A stretch of 49,840 bases of DNA from Trichomonas gallinae (GCA_008369845.1 MRSU01005785.1:1-49840), one strand, 5' to 3'; shown: positions 20,931 through 32,270, counted from the first letter of the stretch. Numbers and translations are program-made. The notes: a model not told the origin generated them from the sequence alone.

Positions 20931-22220
20931 TTATTCATGTTTTTCTTCAGTTTTCACTTCTTCAGCCTTCACCTCAGATTTGGAAGACTCATGAGATTCA
21001 GTCTTAGTTTGAATTACTGTAATTGATGATTCTGCCTTAATTTCTTTTTTTTCTTCTGTCTGTGTCTTTTCAACGGTTTGCTCCTTCTTTGGAGGCTCTG
21101 GTTGCTCTGATTCCATCTCAGACAAGTCGAAATTACTCATTGAAGATTCGTGATTCTTGAGAGAGTCGTCTGGCTTTGTTTCTGACTCCGGCTTTGGATT
21201 CTTTTCTCTCTGTAAGCGCTTTTCTTGTCTCATTTTCTCTGCATTAATCTTCATTTGCTTTTCTTTTCTGATTGTAATTAATGGAGGCTCAATGATTGAT
21301 TTGTTTGCGAGGTAGTTGTGGTAATACTCGTTAAATATGATTCTCGGGTGCTCTATGTGCGGATTATTGAAGCTTGCGAAATGTTTATTTAATTTTTCGA
21401 GATGCTTTGCGAAAACCCTGTCTAAATCTGCTTTTAGGGTCTTATATAATGTTTCACGTGATCTTGACCTGGAAACAACGATTTCTTCTAAGGTTTTGTT
21501 TGATGAATTTAATAATGTTGTAAAATCTTTCGATTGATCATCAAGAAGTTGCTTTATCTTCTGTTTGTAGAGCGTTGTAAATTCAGCTTCTCTCTGGCCA
21601 AAAACTTTGCCATTTTCGGCAATTGCTTCTTTAGCAACAATATCAGCCTCCTCAAACTTGCCCTCGTTTGCGAGCTTCCTGGCCTTCTCAATGGCGCGAT
21701 TGTATTTAACGTTTTCTGAGTTGATGAGAATTCTTGAATAATTTTTGAATTGGTTGTCGTCAAATTGTCTTAAGGCGGCTAAGTGCAACTGCTGCGTGTT
21801 CTGGAAACGGGATGAGATGTCTGATCTAAGAGCAAGCTCATGGTTGTAGCAATCTCTTTGGAATTTTTTAATTTTACGCATGTTTGCCTTGTAAACCGGG
21901 TCAAGAGCGGCTTCAAGAGAGTAGCAGTACTGGGCAACGTTCTCGCGGATGATTCTTGCGTTAACTTTTTCGATTTCAATCTCAATTTTGTCAGCTTTAT
22001 AATATTCTCTGTTTTTGACTGCCTCTTCGCGCTGGATCATTAACTGCTTCAAGTTTTCTTGCTCAATTTTGACTTTTTCCGAGACTTCAGATGCAACTGA
22101 CTGGGTTTCTGATAATGGGGATTTATTATTCTGCTCCGATTCACCCTGACCTGCTGGCGTCTGAAATTCCTCGTTTTGTTTAGTTTCAGGAACTCCCAGC
22201 TGAACAACCGGTTGTTCCAT
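20931..22220 (-). CDS. Coiled-coil protein with UVR-like helical hairpins, 429 aa
   Basis: QREEAVKNREYYKADKI and ARKLANEGKFEEADIV; E/K-rich tail. Confidence 0.7.
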   Translation of the reverse strand: MEQPVVQLGVPETKQNEEFQTPAGQGESEQNNKSPLSETQSVASEVSEKVKIEQENLKQLMIQREEAVKNREYYKADKIEIEIEKVNARIIRENVAQYCYSLEAALDPVYKANMRKIKKFQRDCYNHELALRSDISSRFQNTQQLHLAALRQFDDNQFKNYSRILINSENVKYNRAIEKARKLANEGKFEEADIVAKEAIAENGKVFGQREAEFTTLYKQKIKQLLDDQSKDFTTLLNSSNKTLEEIVVSRSRSRETLYKTLKADLDRVFAKHLEKLNKHFASFNNPHIEHPRIIFNEYYHNYLANKSIIEPPLITIRKEKQMKINAEKMRQEKRLQREKNPKPESETKPDDSLKNHESSMSNFDLSEMESEQPEPPKKEQTVEKTQTEEKKEIKAESSITVIQTKTESHESSKSEVKAEEVKTEEKHE

Positions 22221-22631
22221 TATTTAAAACTGATTTTGCTTTTTGCTGTTTTTCTTGCTCATTTTGCTGTTTTTATGATGAATAAATGAAAACTCAATTA
22301 AAATCAGGTTTATACATTTTTGATATAAATTTTGGTTTTTGATATAAATGAGCATATAATCTATAAACAAAACGAAATAACTAGAAAAAATCACAGGTTT
22401 CAATGTAACTTTTCGAGATTTAAAAATATGACACGTAAAATCATTAATTAATTACGGGCGTGAAAGATATTTAAAATTCGAAAATATATTATAAATATTA
22501 TTCATGTTATTTATGATTTTTGTTTTTATTTTTGAGGTTAAAATAATCGAAAAAACGGTTATTTTAATTTATTTTTGACATTTACATGACAAAAATTTTA
22601 GTTGAGCGGAATTTAAACAGAATTTGCGTCT

Positions 22632-24326
22632 ATGCTCAGCGTTACGAGATATGGGCGTACAATTCGGTTCAATTGCTTCTATTTGCTGATAGCGTTCCCG
22701 TGTGTTGCCGTTGTATCAGCTATTTTGATGCCAAGTGAGAAATATCTACGAAATTTTTCAATAGAGCAAGAAATATCCAAAATAAATACGAAATGCATAT
22801 TGAATTCGCACGACATATTTGCACATGACATAGACGACATATATACACGCAGTTATCACTCAAATTTAATATCTTGTATATTTCATATTGAACCAGATCA
22901 AACAGAAGTACTACGATACTTAGTAATAGGATCTAAAACGCCCCTTGGAAAGGAAATTATAAAACAGCTCAAAAGTAAGAATATTAAATATGCTGAAATT
23001 CGTGATTTTTTTCACTACGACCTGAGAAATAACTCAATTATCAGATACTTACGGTCTATTACGCTTATTTGCATCATCAATGTGCAAAATTTACCAGCAG
23101 AAAGAGAAAAAGAATTTTTTGACTACTGCGAATACAACAAAATCGCTTATATCACATTGTCATCCAATAGTTTGGCTCTTGTCAGCCACCAATATACCGA
23201 TGCATTGAATTTATCATATTTATCAGCTTCAGAATCTCAACAACAAAATTTAGACACGAAAATTCGAAAATACAGCAACTTTTACGTCTATGCTGGCAGC
23301 AACAATACAGAATTATTAAAGGTTTGCGATGATGCCGTAGAAATTATGAATGATGCAATAAAAATCATACAGAATGAACAGAACAGCCAAATACAGATAG
23401 ATTCAAAAAGAAATCTCAAAAATGTTATAATATCATCAGAAGCACCGCCAAAAAAAGAAAAATCAGAAAAAATTTATCATTCTCACGTAATTACGCTAAC
23501 GGAGGATAATTTGATCGCAGAAAGGTTCAAATTAATCGTCCAGGCACTTGATAGAATACTATCTAATTATTTAGATATTTCGTTCGAATATCTCGTTGTT
23601 TTTTGTCCAAATACAGAAACAAGGTTTGCAGACCACTTTGAACTTCCGCCAAATGTGAAAAAATTCACAAGAATCATCGAAGTTCCTCCAAATTACAGAA
23701 AAAGTATTCAATTGATGTATGAAAGCGTTGGATTCCCAGAATACATCATGCGAAACATAGGAATACGCAGAGCAAAAGGCAGATACATAACAGCAGGCAG
23801 CGCAGACGTTCTTTTGCCAAAAGGATTTTTTGATGCAATCAGATCTCATGCGTTCACGCCAATTAGTTACATCAGGACTACTAGAGTATCATCACCAGCA
23901 GATTTAGACACGATATTAAGGCTGAGCGAAGAAAACACAGCTGTTCATCAAGCAGTAATTATTCCAGAAGAAGAATCGAATTTCGAAGTCCAGCTATATA
24001 TGGACGCGTGCGGTGACTTCCAGGGCATGCACAGGGATGCCTGGTTCGTCGTTCATGGATATGCGGAGTCAAGGTTTACATATAACATTGACTCTTTGCT
24101 CGCTTTCGACAAGGCGGCTCTCGCTGGCCCGATTTTCATCCAGCACTTTGAAGGAGGAGTTCATGTCGAGCACGAAAAGATCTCGAATCTAACACAACAC
24201 GTTGATCCTTGGAACGAAGAACTGCGCACTGAATTAGCAAAAGGGAGGCTTACATATATATCCAGGTTTCCAAGAAGATTCTGGGGATCATCTAATATTA
24301 CATTTCTAGAATACAAACTAGACTAG
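22632..24326 (+). CDS. Type II membrane protein: degenerate Rossmann-like domain plus GT-A/GT2-like domain, 564 aa
   Basis: N-terminal signal anchor; YLVIGSKTPLGKEIIKQL; EYIMRNIGIRRAKGRYITAGSADV; ACGDFQGMHRDAWFVVHGYAE. Confidence 0.65.
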   Translation: MLSVTRYGRTIRFNCFYLLIAFPCVAVVSAILMPSEKYLRNFSIEQEISKINTKCILNSHDIFAHDIDDIYTRSYHSNLISCIFHIEPDQTEVLRYLVIGSKTPLGKEIIKQLKSKNIKYAEIRDFFHYDLRNNSIIRYLRSITLICIINVQNLPAEREKEFFDYCEYNKIAYITLSSNSLALVSHQYTDALNLSYLSASESQQQNLDTKIRKYSNFYVYAGSNNTELLKVCDDAVEIMNDAIKIIQNEQNSQIQIDSKRNLKNVIISSEAPPKKEKSEKIYHSHVITLTEDNLIAERFKLIVQALDRILSNYLDISFEYLVVFCPNTETRFADHFELPPNVKKFTRIIEVPPNYRKSIQLMYESVGFPEYIMRNIGIRRAKGRYITAGSADVLLPKGFFDAIRSHAFTPISYIRTTRVSSPADLDTILRLSEENTAVHQAVIIPEEESNFEVQLYMDACGDFQGMHRDAWFVVHGYAESRFTYNIDSLLAFDKAALAGPIFIQHFEGGVHVEHEKISNLTQHVDPWNEELRTELAKGRLTYISRFPRRFWGSSNITFLEYKLD

Positions 24327-24654
24327 ATTTGTTTTTTTATATTATTTTTGTTATATATTAAAATGTTTGAATATTCTTTCTAATGATATAATATGCTTCT
24401 CAACAGTTTTCCAATGAAATAAAACAGAAATCATCTACCTATGAAAATCAAAACAAAACAGCATTATTTTGTGCTTCATATAACAATCATCAAATTCATT
24501 TTCTCAATTCCTCATGAATCAATAATATTATTTTTATCCAATTGTTGACTGATATATGCGATTTTTGTTTTGATACTAATGAAATAAAACGCAAACTTTT
24601 TAAGTGAATGAAATAAAAAATAAATAAACAAAAATAAAAAATAATAAGAAAAAA

Positions 24655-27600
24655 TTACTGGGCGACAACATGAATCAAATGAAGCATTTGAATATCATCG
24701 ACTTTGAGGAACTCCTTTGTTTCGCTGCAGATGAAACCTGTCAGCTGGAAAACACCAGGAGTCATCACAGTGAATGTGAAATCACATTTATAGCCGTTTT
24801 CTTCTGACACTTTCTTCCTTGTTACTCCAGTCCATCTGCACGGCATCAGCAAGGTTATCTCACCTTTGGCATCATTGACCAACTCAACAGGTTTCGGCTG
24901 AACAAAGACTGGCTTCGAGAAGGTAGCTGTAACCTTGATTTTCGTTGCGGGTTCAAAGTTGACAAAGTTTGGCGCATCGAGTCTCACATCACTTCCTGGC
25001 TCCGGTTGTACTCTCAAGTTCTGTTGTCCGAGAAGTTCATATCCTGAGCATTTGTATAGCAATGCATATGATGACTGTTCGAGCATGAACAAACGCCAGT
25101 TCTCAAGTACAGAATCTTGCTTGTATTTGTCGCCGAAGAAAACAATTGTCATTGACGACTCTTTCTGGACATCTTTTGATGTTTCAGTATTCAGCATATC
25201 AAGCATTCGTCCTGATTTGTCGAAGACACCAACGAGAGAAAGTCCATCTATCTTTGGATCGAACTTAACTTTGATTGCGAACTTGGATGGATCATGCGGA
25301 ATAGGAACAGCTCTTGCATAAATTGACGCAGAGTTTCCTACTTTAACTGATATTGCTGCCATTGCTACAATCGTCTGGCTCTGGCTCAAATAGAAATGAA
25401 CTCTGTTCAAGTTGATCTTAGCTGCCCTGAAAATGAGAGGAATCTGGATAGTTTCGCCAGGCAAAATTGTTTGATTGATAGAAACATTTGCAATTCCATG
25501 CAAAAATTCAACAGCACCTTCATAAGCAATAGCGTTTGGATGATCGAAGCCTAATGTCAATTGGTTGATGATTGCCTTTCCTTTGTTTGTGATAGAAACA
25601 TTAAATCTTACGCAGAATCCTTGGAACATTTCTGACGGAAGATTTTGAACTTCCATGGATAATAATGGAAACTCGTCTGTCGCTTTGATTATCAATGATG
25701 GGAATGTTACTGATGTCTCGACACATCCCCAGTTCTTCATGTTGAATTTGTTGATTTTGAACAATCCAGGAGCATTACACACGAAATCCAGAGGCAAAAC
25801 TTTCACGACGCCATTATCAGAATATCTCTTGCTCGGGACGTCGACTTTCTGCGTAGGAGGAGTGGAATAAGGATTGTCGATTATTAATTGTGGATTTATG
25901 CCGTGATATTCTGCTTCTAGTTGAGCGACTGTTAAATTGACGCCGAAAACATATTTGTTTGACAAATTTACCAAAACTTTGAGCTTGCAGCTTGTTGATA
26001 CTTTTAATATTTGGTCTTCAGATTTAACTTCTTCGTCTGCCATCCAGCTTTCTATTGTTAGTGTCTTTGAGTTCATTTTGTCTTCATCATCTTTAATTTG
26101 GAGAAATGCGTCGAGAATTTCTTGGAAATCGCTGCGCTCATATCCCCAGTATTCTGGCATTGATGGTGTGACGAGTGTGGCTGATTTAACAGAGATAAGT
26201 GGCGAAAATTGGAAATTAATTTGCGAAGGATCAAAATCTCTTGTATTGAATGGCGACCAGAACTGGCTGATGGTCTTTTCCTGGAGACCTTCCTGCAAAT
26301 CGTCCATTTCAAGCAGCTCTTTGCATCCAAGGATAGATCTGATAACTTCATTCGAATATGCCAAGGCAATCGCTTTATTTAAGAGTGCTCCTTGATAAAG
26401 ATATGGCCATGAGTCACGTGGAAGGATGTTAATGAGCCAAATCGTGCATCTTAATGCGTGCCCGTGTTGATTTGCGTTCATGTAATGATCTCCTGCTTGC
26501 GCTGTGTAATAGAGGATCTTCTTATCATTGTCGATGATACCTGCAAGTCTTTCATATAAAAATCCAAGAATAATGAAGATTTTTGTGTCGTTATTCTTTG
26601 CATATGCTCTGAACTTCGAAATGCCGACCTGCAACACGTACATGCAGTGCTTATTATCATTCTCAGCATTAAAAAGCTCAGAAGTGATAAGAATAACTGC
26701 TAAAGCTAATTTAAGATCAGCTGTCTCGAAAACTTCGTCAATCAGCTCTTTAATCGTAGTGAAGCTGCTTGCACCCTGTGTAAAGGCAATAAGAGAGTAA
26801 TAATACTTTGCAATTAGTCTAAGTTTGAGATTTGGCATGTGCAATGATATGTGCTTGAACATCTTATCGGCCTCAACCATATTCATTGTCATCATGTACA
26901 TAGCAGCAAGTCTGAGCTGATATATTTTCTTAATTGGAAGTGTGTTTGGATCTGTCTTATCTGCCTTCTTCTTGAACATTCCTCTAATGACGTTGATCGT
27001 TTTTCCTTGCTTTTCAAGGAATTCTTTGAATTTAATGATTGATGAAGAAACATAAGGCGTAATTACTTCTTTTTGGATCGATTGTATGATGCCGACGACT
27101 TCTTCGATGTCTCTAACGCCAATAAGATTAGAATTGAGCATTGCCTGAATTAATTCTGGATTATAACTAAACATACGATTAAAGAAATCAGTATTTGCCG
27201 GGATATTTTCTTCTAACTGCTTTGTGCGTATTGTGAGCGTTGTATCATAGTCGAAATCCATTTTTTTCACTTTTGGCGGCTTTGATGTTGCCATTCCATC
27301 ATAAATCATAATTCTTACAACAGGCAGCTCGTCCATGAAGTCCATCATCCATGTTTGCAGTGGCATCATTGATTTAATGGCTTTTTTATCAAATGGATCA
27401 GAATCAACTGTGCAAACGTAAATAAGACAAACTGGCATATCAACAAAATTATGCCTCCTGTACTTGTTAGAATCATATACTTTTTGAACCAAATTTTGGA
27501 ACCACGGCGGTCTTTTCCAATTTTCAGAGCCAAATGTGAATTTCTTTGGTAATTTGTACTCGAATTGTGGTATATTCTCGTCAATCGTTGTTGTTTTCTC

Positions 27601-27882
27601 AAATCTTTCATCAATAAACGCTTTTCCATAATTTGTTGTGTCATTCTTTATTTTGTCAAACAATTGATTTTCAGTCACTTCTATTATATTCGCGACGTTA
27701 ACGAATCGAATAGAGTCTGGATAATATGAGCATATCGCTGTGAAGAAATCAGTGAATGTAACTCCGCAATAATTAAAGATTTTATCGACATTTTGATCAA
27801 CAAAGCCTACAACCATCGGACAAAATCTCTGCTTGATATAATCGCGAGCTTTAAATGAACAAATGTGCTCGGCAGATTTCAT
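24655..27882 (-). CDS. TRAPPC8: TRAPP III subunit TRAPPC8/Trs85-like, 1075 aa
   Basis: LRLAAMYMM..N...A, QAGDHYMNANQHGHALRC, C-terminal Ig-like beta domains (VNLSNKYVFGV, PGLFKI, PGVFQL). Confidence 0.75.
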   Translation of the reverse strand: MKSAEHICSFKARDYIKQRFCPMVVGFVDQNVDKIFNYCGVTFTDFFTAICSYYPDSIRFVNVANIIEVTENQLFDKIKNDTTNYGKAFIDERFEKTTTIDENIPQFEYKLPKKFTFGSENWKRPPWFQNLVQKVYDSNKYRRHNFVDMPVCLIYVCTVDSDPFDKKAIKSMMPLQTWMMDFMDELPVVRIMIYDGMATSKPPKVKKMDFDYDTTLTIRTKQLEENIPANTDFFNRMFSYNPELIQAMLNSNLIGVRDIEEVVGIIQSIQKEVITPYVSSSIIKFKEFLEKQGKTINVIRGMFKKKADKTDPNTLPIKKIYQLRLAAMYMMTMNMVEADKMFKHISLHMPNLKLRLIAKYYYSLIAFTQGASSFTTIKELIDEVFETADLKLALAVILITSELFNAENDNKHCMYVLQVGISKFRAYAKNNDTKIFIILGFLYERLAGIIDNDKKILYYTAQAGDHYMNANQHGHALRCTIWLINILPRDSWPYLYQGALLNKAIALAYSNEVIRSILGCKELLEMDDLQEGLQEKTISQFWSPFNTRDFDPSQINFQFSPLISVKSATLVTPSMPEYWGYERSDFQEILDAFLQIKDDEDKMNSKTLTIESWMADEEVKSEDQILKVSTSCKLKVLVNLSNKYVFGVNLTVAQLEAEYHGINPQLIIDNPYSTPPTQKVDVPSKRYSDNGVVKVLPLDFVCNAPGLFKINKFNMKNWGCVETSVTFPSLIIKATDEFPLLSMEVQNLPSEMFQGFCVRFNVSITNKGKAIINQLTLGFDHPNAIAYEGAVEFLHGIANVSINQTILPGETIQIPLIFRAAKINLNRVHFYLSQSQTIVAMAAISVKVGNSASIYARAVPIPHDPSKFAIKVKFDPKIDGLSLVGVFDKSGRMLDMLNTETSKDVQKESSMTIVFFGDKYKQDSVLENWRLFMLEQSSYALLYKCSGYELLGQQNLRVQPEPGSDVRLDAPNFVNFEPATKIKVTATFSKPVFVQPKPVELVNDAKGEITLLMPCRWTGVTRKKVSEENGYKCDFTFTVMTPGVFQLTGFICSETKEFLKVDDIQMLHLIHVVAQ

Positions 27883-28358
27883 CCAATAATGATTTTAACT
27901 TTAAAAGGGGCATGAAAATAATTAAAGGGTTCATAAAATAATAAAACTTGTTTGAACTTTGATATAACACCAATAAATCATTGTCATCAATTTTTACTAA
28001 AAATTTTGGCATAAATCAGAAGATTTGTTGAAATTTTTCCACATTTTCATTTTAAATCGAATATTTATATTACAATCATTACATAATAGTCAAATATTAT
28101 ATTAAAATTCAGATTTGTGATGTTTTATTTATGAAATTTAACCTTATTTACTCGAACAAATGTTCAACGGTGAAAATCATTTCTATTTAAATATATGAAT
28201 ATAAGATTAATTCCATAGTATTTATGGCAATAAGTTGCTTATATTACATATTTAAATTAGTCCTATGCTTCCAAATAAACATATGATATTGCAGTTGCAA
28301 ATGAGATGATTTTTTTTTCTATTATTTAGGGGGAAATTAGGGGTTGGTAAATTAATAA

Positions 28359-28859
28359 ATGGATCCAAGAATCAGACGACGAAGTTCTTTGAAGCCACCA
28401 CCAGGCTGGGAAGAAATAGAAGCAGAAGTTAAACGATTAAATGAGGAAATGAGGGCTGCTGAGTCATCAACATATCAGGAAGAAAATAATAAAGAGAAAA
28501 TTTGGAAAGTAATGCGATGTAACTGGAAAAGGAGCCGAATAATTTATGAAATGAGATATAAGAACCATACAATGTCGAAAGAATTATACGAATGGATTGT
28601 TAGACAAGGATATGCAGATAACAATCTCATTGAAATGTGGAGAAAACCAGGTTATGACAGACTGTGCTGTGTAGCATGCGCTTCTAAACATACTGATCAT
28701 GGAGGAACTTGCATCTGCAGAGTTCCACGAAACAAACGCCAAAAAAATCTCAAATGTTTTCATTGCGGTTGTCCTGGCTGCTGTTCTGGTGATTTTAGTG
28801 ATTCTGATAATGAAGATCAATCAAAAACAGAAGAAGCACAGCAAAATCAAGCTAATTAA
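28359..28859 (+). CDS. BUD31: Splicing factor Bud31/G10
   Basis: PPPGWEEIE, RSRIIYE, YADNNLIEMWRKPGYDRLCCVAC, CICRVP, CFHCGCPGC zinc cluster. Confidence 0.96.
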   Translation: MDPRIRRRSSLKPPPGWEEIEAEVKRLNEEMRAAESSTYQEENNKEKIWKVMRCNWKRSRIIYEMRYKNHTMSKELYEWIVRQGYADNNLIEMWRKPGYDRLCCVACASKHTDHGGTCICRVPRNKRQKNLKCFHCGCPGCCSGDFSDSDNEDQSKTEEAQQNQAN

Positions 28860-29624
28860 TCATATAATTGAATTGTAATAAAGCAATGCATTCTTATTTT
28901 GTTTATTATAGATAAAATTATTGATATTCTATTCAAATTATTTAGTTGGAAAGTTATATTGGATAGCTAACCAATTTAAATAATTGGACTACATTGGTAT
29001 GTTTTAATTTTTAATGAATATATCTTTTAATCTAATTTTTTAAAAATTAAAAATATGAAAACATTCAAAAACTCATGAAGTTGCCAAAATTTGATAACTA
29101 TATTATTCTACATCATTACATAATGTGAGAGTTAAAATGGTTTTGTGTTGAATAGCCTTACAAAGTTGTTGGAAATTAAAATCAAGGTGAGGCGTTGCGA
29201 TTTTTTCTTCATAAATTTTACAAAGCATCATATAAACATTTGATTTTTAATGTGAAACAGCCGAATATAATGTTATTTGTTCAACAGTTTTTTTTAGAAG
29301 CTTTCAAAATTTTAATTCATGAAATAATATATTATAGAATGATTATTATTAATTGGGAAGAAAAAATGACGAAGAAAGAAGAATATTTTGAATATGAGCT
29401 ATTGTATTATTGTTATTGCTATGTTTTGCGTTTAATCCAAATTTGTCAGTAAGTTCAACAACTTCACAAAAATTCTGATTTCATTCGATATTTTGAGAGA
29501 TTTGAGATTTTCTGAAAAACTGACCAAATTTTGAGCGAATTCATCTTCATTAGATGAAAAACACCGAAATATCAAATATAGAAAATTTTGTCAATTTTTT
29601 TCATCAAAAAAATCATAATCAAAG

Positions 29625-30239
29625 ATGAAGAACACAGCACTTGTTGTTGTTGACATGCAGAATGACTTTGTCGAACCTTCCGGCTCTTTATCAGTTGCAA
29701 ATGCAATGGAAATAGTTCCAAGACTAAACAAAATTCGCTCAAAATTCCAAAATGTTATGTTTACTTATGACTGGCATCCAAATGACCACGTTTCATTTGT
29801 CACAAATCATCCGGGTCACAAACTGTTTGACATAGTTGATGCTGGAGATGTCAAGCAGTGTCTTTTCCCTCCACATTGCGTCCAAAATTCAGAAGGAGCC
29901 AAAATCCAAAAAGACATAATCACAAAAGATACAGACATGGTGGTGTACAAAGGCACAAATCCATCAGTCGATTCATACAGTTGTTTCAAAGATGTTATTA
30001 AATCTAGTTCAACAAATGCTGACAAGCAGTTAAAAGACAAAAATATTGATACTATATACATTCTTGGAGTCGCAACAGATTTCTGCGTTAAATTTTCCGT
30101 TCTTGATGCATTGGAGCTGGGATACAAGGTTTATGTAATAGAAGACTGCATTTCAGGAGTTGATGCAGAGAACTCTATTACAGCCATTGCTGAAATGAAA
30201 GAAAAAGGTGCAATTTTCGTGAAATCTACAGAATTATAA
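29625..30239 (+). CDS. pncA: Nicotinamidase/pyrazinamidase (isochorismatase family)
   Basis: VVDMQNDF, DWHPNDH, PPHCVQ, YKG, GVATDFCV catalytic D-K-C triad and metal ligands. Confidence 0.93.
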   Translation: MKNTALVVVDMQNDFVEPSGSLSVANAMEIVPRLNKIRSKFQNVMFTYDWHPNDHVSFVTNHPGHKLFDIVDAGDVKQCLFPPHCVQNSEGAKIQKDIITKDTDMVVYKGTNPSVDSYSCFKDVIKSSSTNADKQLKDKNIDTIYILGVATDFCVKFSVLDALELGYKVYVIEDCISGVDAENSITAIAEMKEKGAIFVKSTEL

Positions 30240-30501
30240 TATTTACTCCTTGTTTCTAATTGTAAACAAATATTTGTATCAATATTTTCATTCTAATTGA
30301 GTTAGACATCAATTTTAAGAAAATTGTTAAATATCAAATATTTTTTCACAACAAATAAGGACAATTGATGAGCTATTTGTTTCATTATGGATGATATCAG
30401 TATAAATTTAGTTATAAATCGTGATGGAAAAAATAATTTCAAAATTTGATAAATTAAACAATAATTTTATTACATGTAATAGTAATAATTGAACAATCAT
30501 A

Positions 30502-31767
30502 TCATTGAAACATCGCATCCTCTTCCTCTGCTTCTTCTTCCGTGAAGGCTAACTCTGTCGTCTTCATGTGATGCTGAATAAGCGCCAGAGCTTGGTTAAG
30601 ACGCTCAATTTCTGTATTTTGACGCTGAAGAAGCTCTCTATTCTCCTTAATTTTCTGGTCGTATAATTTTTGAGCTTCCTGGGCCTTACTGAACAAAGCA
30701 ATAAGATCCTGTATATTAGAGTCTGTATTTTGTTCCATATTTGTTGCGTTTTGTTCCATTCTGTCGCATTCGTAAGTTAATTGCTGAATCATGTTATGCA
30801 TCGCTTCGCATTCTTCTGTAAGTTCGTTTTCAACGTTGTTGGCTGATATAATTTCATCACGCAGTCCCATTGCGATGAATTGCGTTGCCTGAAGTCTTTC
30901 TTTGATCGAAGAAAGTTTCTGGAGAGTTTTATCCTTCGACTCTATGATAGATTCTGTAGTTGCTTCTGCCTCTTGCTGTTTCTGCTGCAACATTCCCTTT
31001 GCATTGGATAATTGCTGCTCACAGGAATCTTGAGAGTGAAGAATATGCATTTTGAGCTGCGCTATTTGATCTTTGTAACCGATTTCAACAGTCCTCTTCA
31101 TTTCTTTGACTCGTTTGTTTTGATTCATTGCTTCAAAAATTTGATTGTGAACATTCTTCAGTTTTTGCTGGGTATCGAATATAAGAGCGTTTATATCAGA
31201 TATTTCTTTCTGGTTCTGTTCTGCAATTAAGGATAGTTCGGCGTGTTTCGAGATTTGTTCGTGTAATTGGCGAAAAACATCCGAAGCTCGCTTTGTTGAT
31301 GACGTATTTATTTTAATCTGTTCAATGTGTGTTCTCCTGAGCAAGGACTGGTAGTATTTTGTTTCCCATGTGCCAAAGCAATTACATAAGATTCGATGCT
31401 TCATAGATGCCCTAAAACAGGCGCCTTCTGCATGAATGTTACGCTCAGACTTTAATCTTCTGAACGCATTTAATGTCTCAAACTTTTTAGCTGCCTCCAT
31501 TAACGAATTTGAGCGCGATTCTTTGTCAAACTCAGGATCAACTAGACAACTCTGATATAATTGCTGTTTTTGACGACGTAATTTTGTTTTGAGAGACCAC
31601 TTGTTAAAAAATTCTGCTTTTTTCATTTTGTTTCTAATAAAATCGAAGTAAAGACATTCGGGGATTGTTTTATGCGATACAGCGCTGAATTTTGCGGAGC
31701 TGTTGCCTCTTGATTGCCTCGAAACATAAGAACTGGCGTCTGAATAATCAAATTCGGACGAGTTCAT
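30502..31767 (-). CDS. Long coiled-coil protein, possibly cytoskeletal/basal body (start moved to ATG 31767)
   Basis: Heptad-rich Q/E/K composition; two F..W motifs (FFNKW, CFGTW) reminiscent of Sfi1-type repeats. Confidence 0.75.
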   Translation of the reverse strand: MNSSEFDYSDASSYVSRQSRGNSSAKFSAVSHKTIPECLYFDFIRNKMKKAEFFNKWSLKTKLRRQKQQLYQSCLVDPEFDKESRSNSLMEAAKKFETLNAFRRLKSERNIHAEGACFRASMKHRILCNCFGTWETKYYQSLLRRTHIEQIKINTSSTKRASDVFRQLHEQISKHAELSLIAEQNQKEISDINALIFDTQQKLKNVHNQIFEAMNQNKRVKEMKRTVEIGYKDQIAQLKMHILHSQDSCEQQLSNAKGMLQQKQQEAEATTESIIESKDKTLQKLSSIKERLQATQFIAMGLRDEIISANNVENELTEECEAMHNMIQQLTYECDRMEQNATNMEQNTDSNIQDLIALFSKAQEAQKLYDQKIKENRELLQRQNTEIERLNQALALIQHHMKTTELAFTEEEAEEEDAMFQ

Positions 31768-31842
31768 ATTTTTTGTTACAAATGTAAACGGTCTCAATTT
31801 TTCTCGTTTTTCTCTAAAACCGTGGAACTAATTTATTTTTAC

Positions 31843-32270
31843 TGTTAAATATAATGTAACCACACCCTATAGAATGCATCTATAGTGATAATGAAGAAAT
31901 ATTTCATATTTTTGATATTTTGACATTTGGAGTTTACATCGTCAAAAATATATTTTGTTTTGTCAAATCGATTATTTAGTTTTTATTTCGCTAAAACAGA
32001 TGAACTGATTCATGATGTCAACTTTTAATTGTTGAATATAGTGTAATCTCACCCTATAGAATGCATCCACAGTGATAATGAAGAAATATTATGTTTTTTT
32101 GTTATTTTGACATTTTGACTTTACATTATCAGAAATATGAAAAATATTGTCAATTCAAGATTATGATTTTTCTTTCGTTAAAACAAAAGAATTGATTCAT
32201 GAAGTCAAATTTTTATTGTTAAATATATAATGATATAACTCCAAAGAATACCGCTACAGTGATGAATAAA
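31843..32270. repeat. Tandem repeat, 187-bp unit, about 2.3 copies
   Basis: Unit starts TGTT at 31843, 32030, 32217; ACCCTATAGAATGCATC at 31864 and 32051. Confidence 0.9.

Noticed and set aside
31843..32270. CRISPR-like or coding interpretation of the 187-bp repeat
   Set aside because: The whole unit is repeated with no unique spacers, the period is not a multiple of 3, and the context is eukaryotic.
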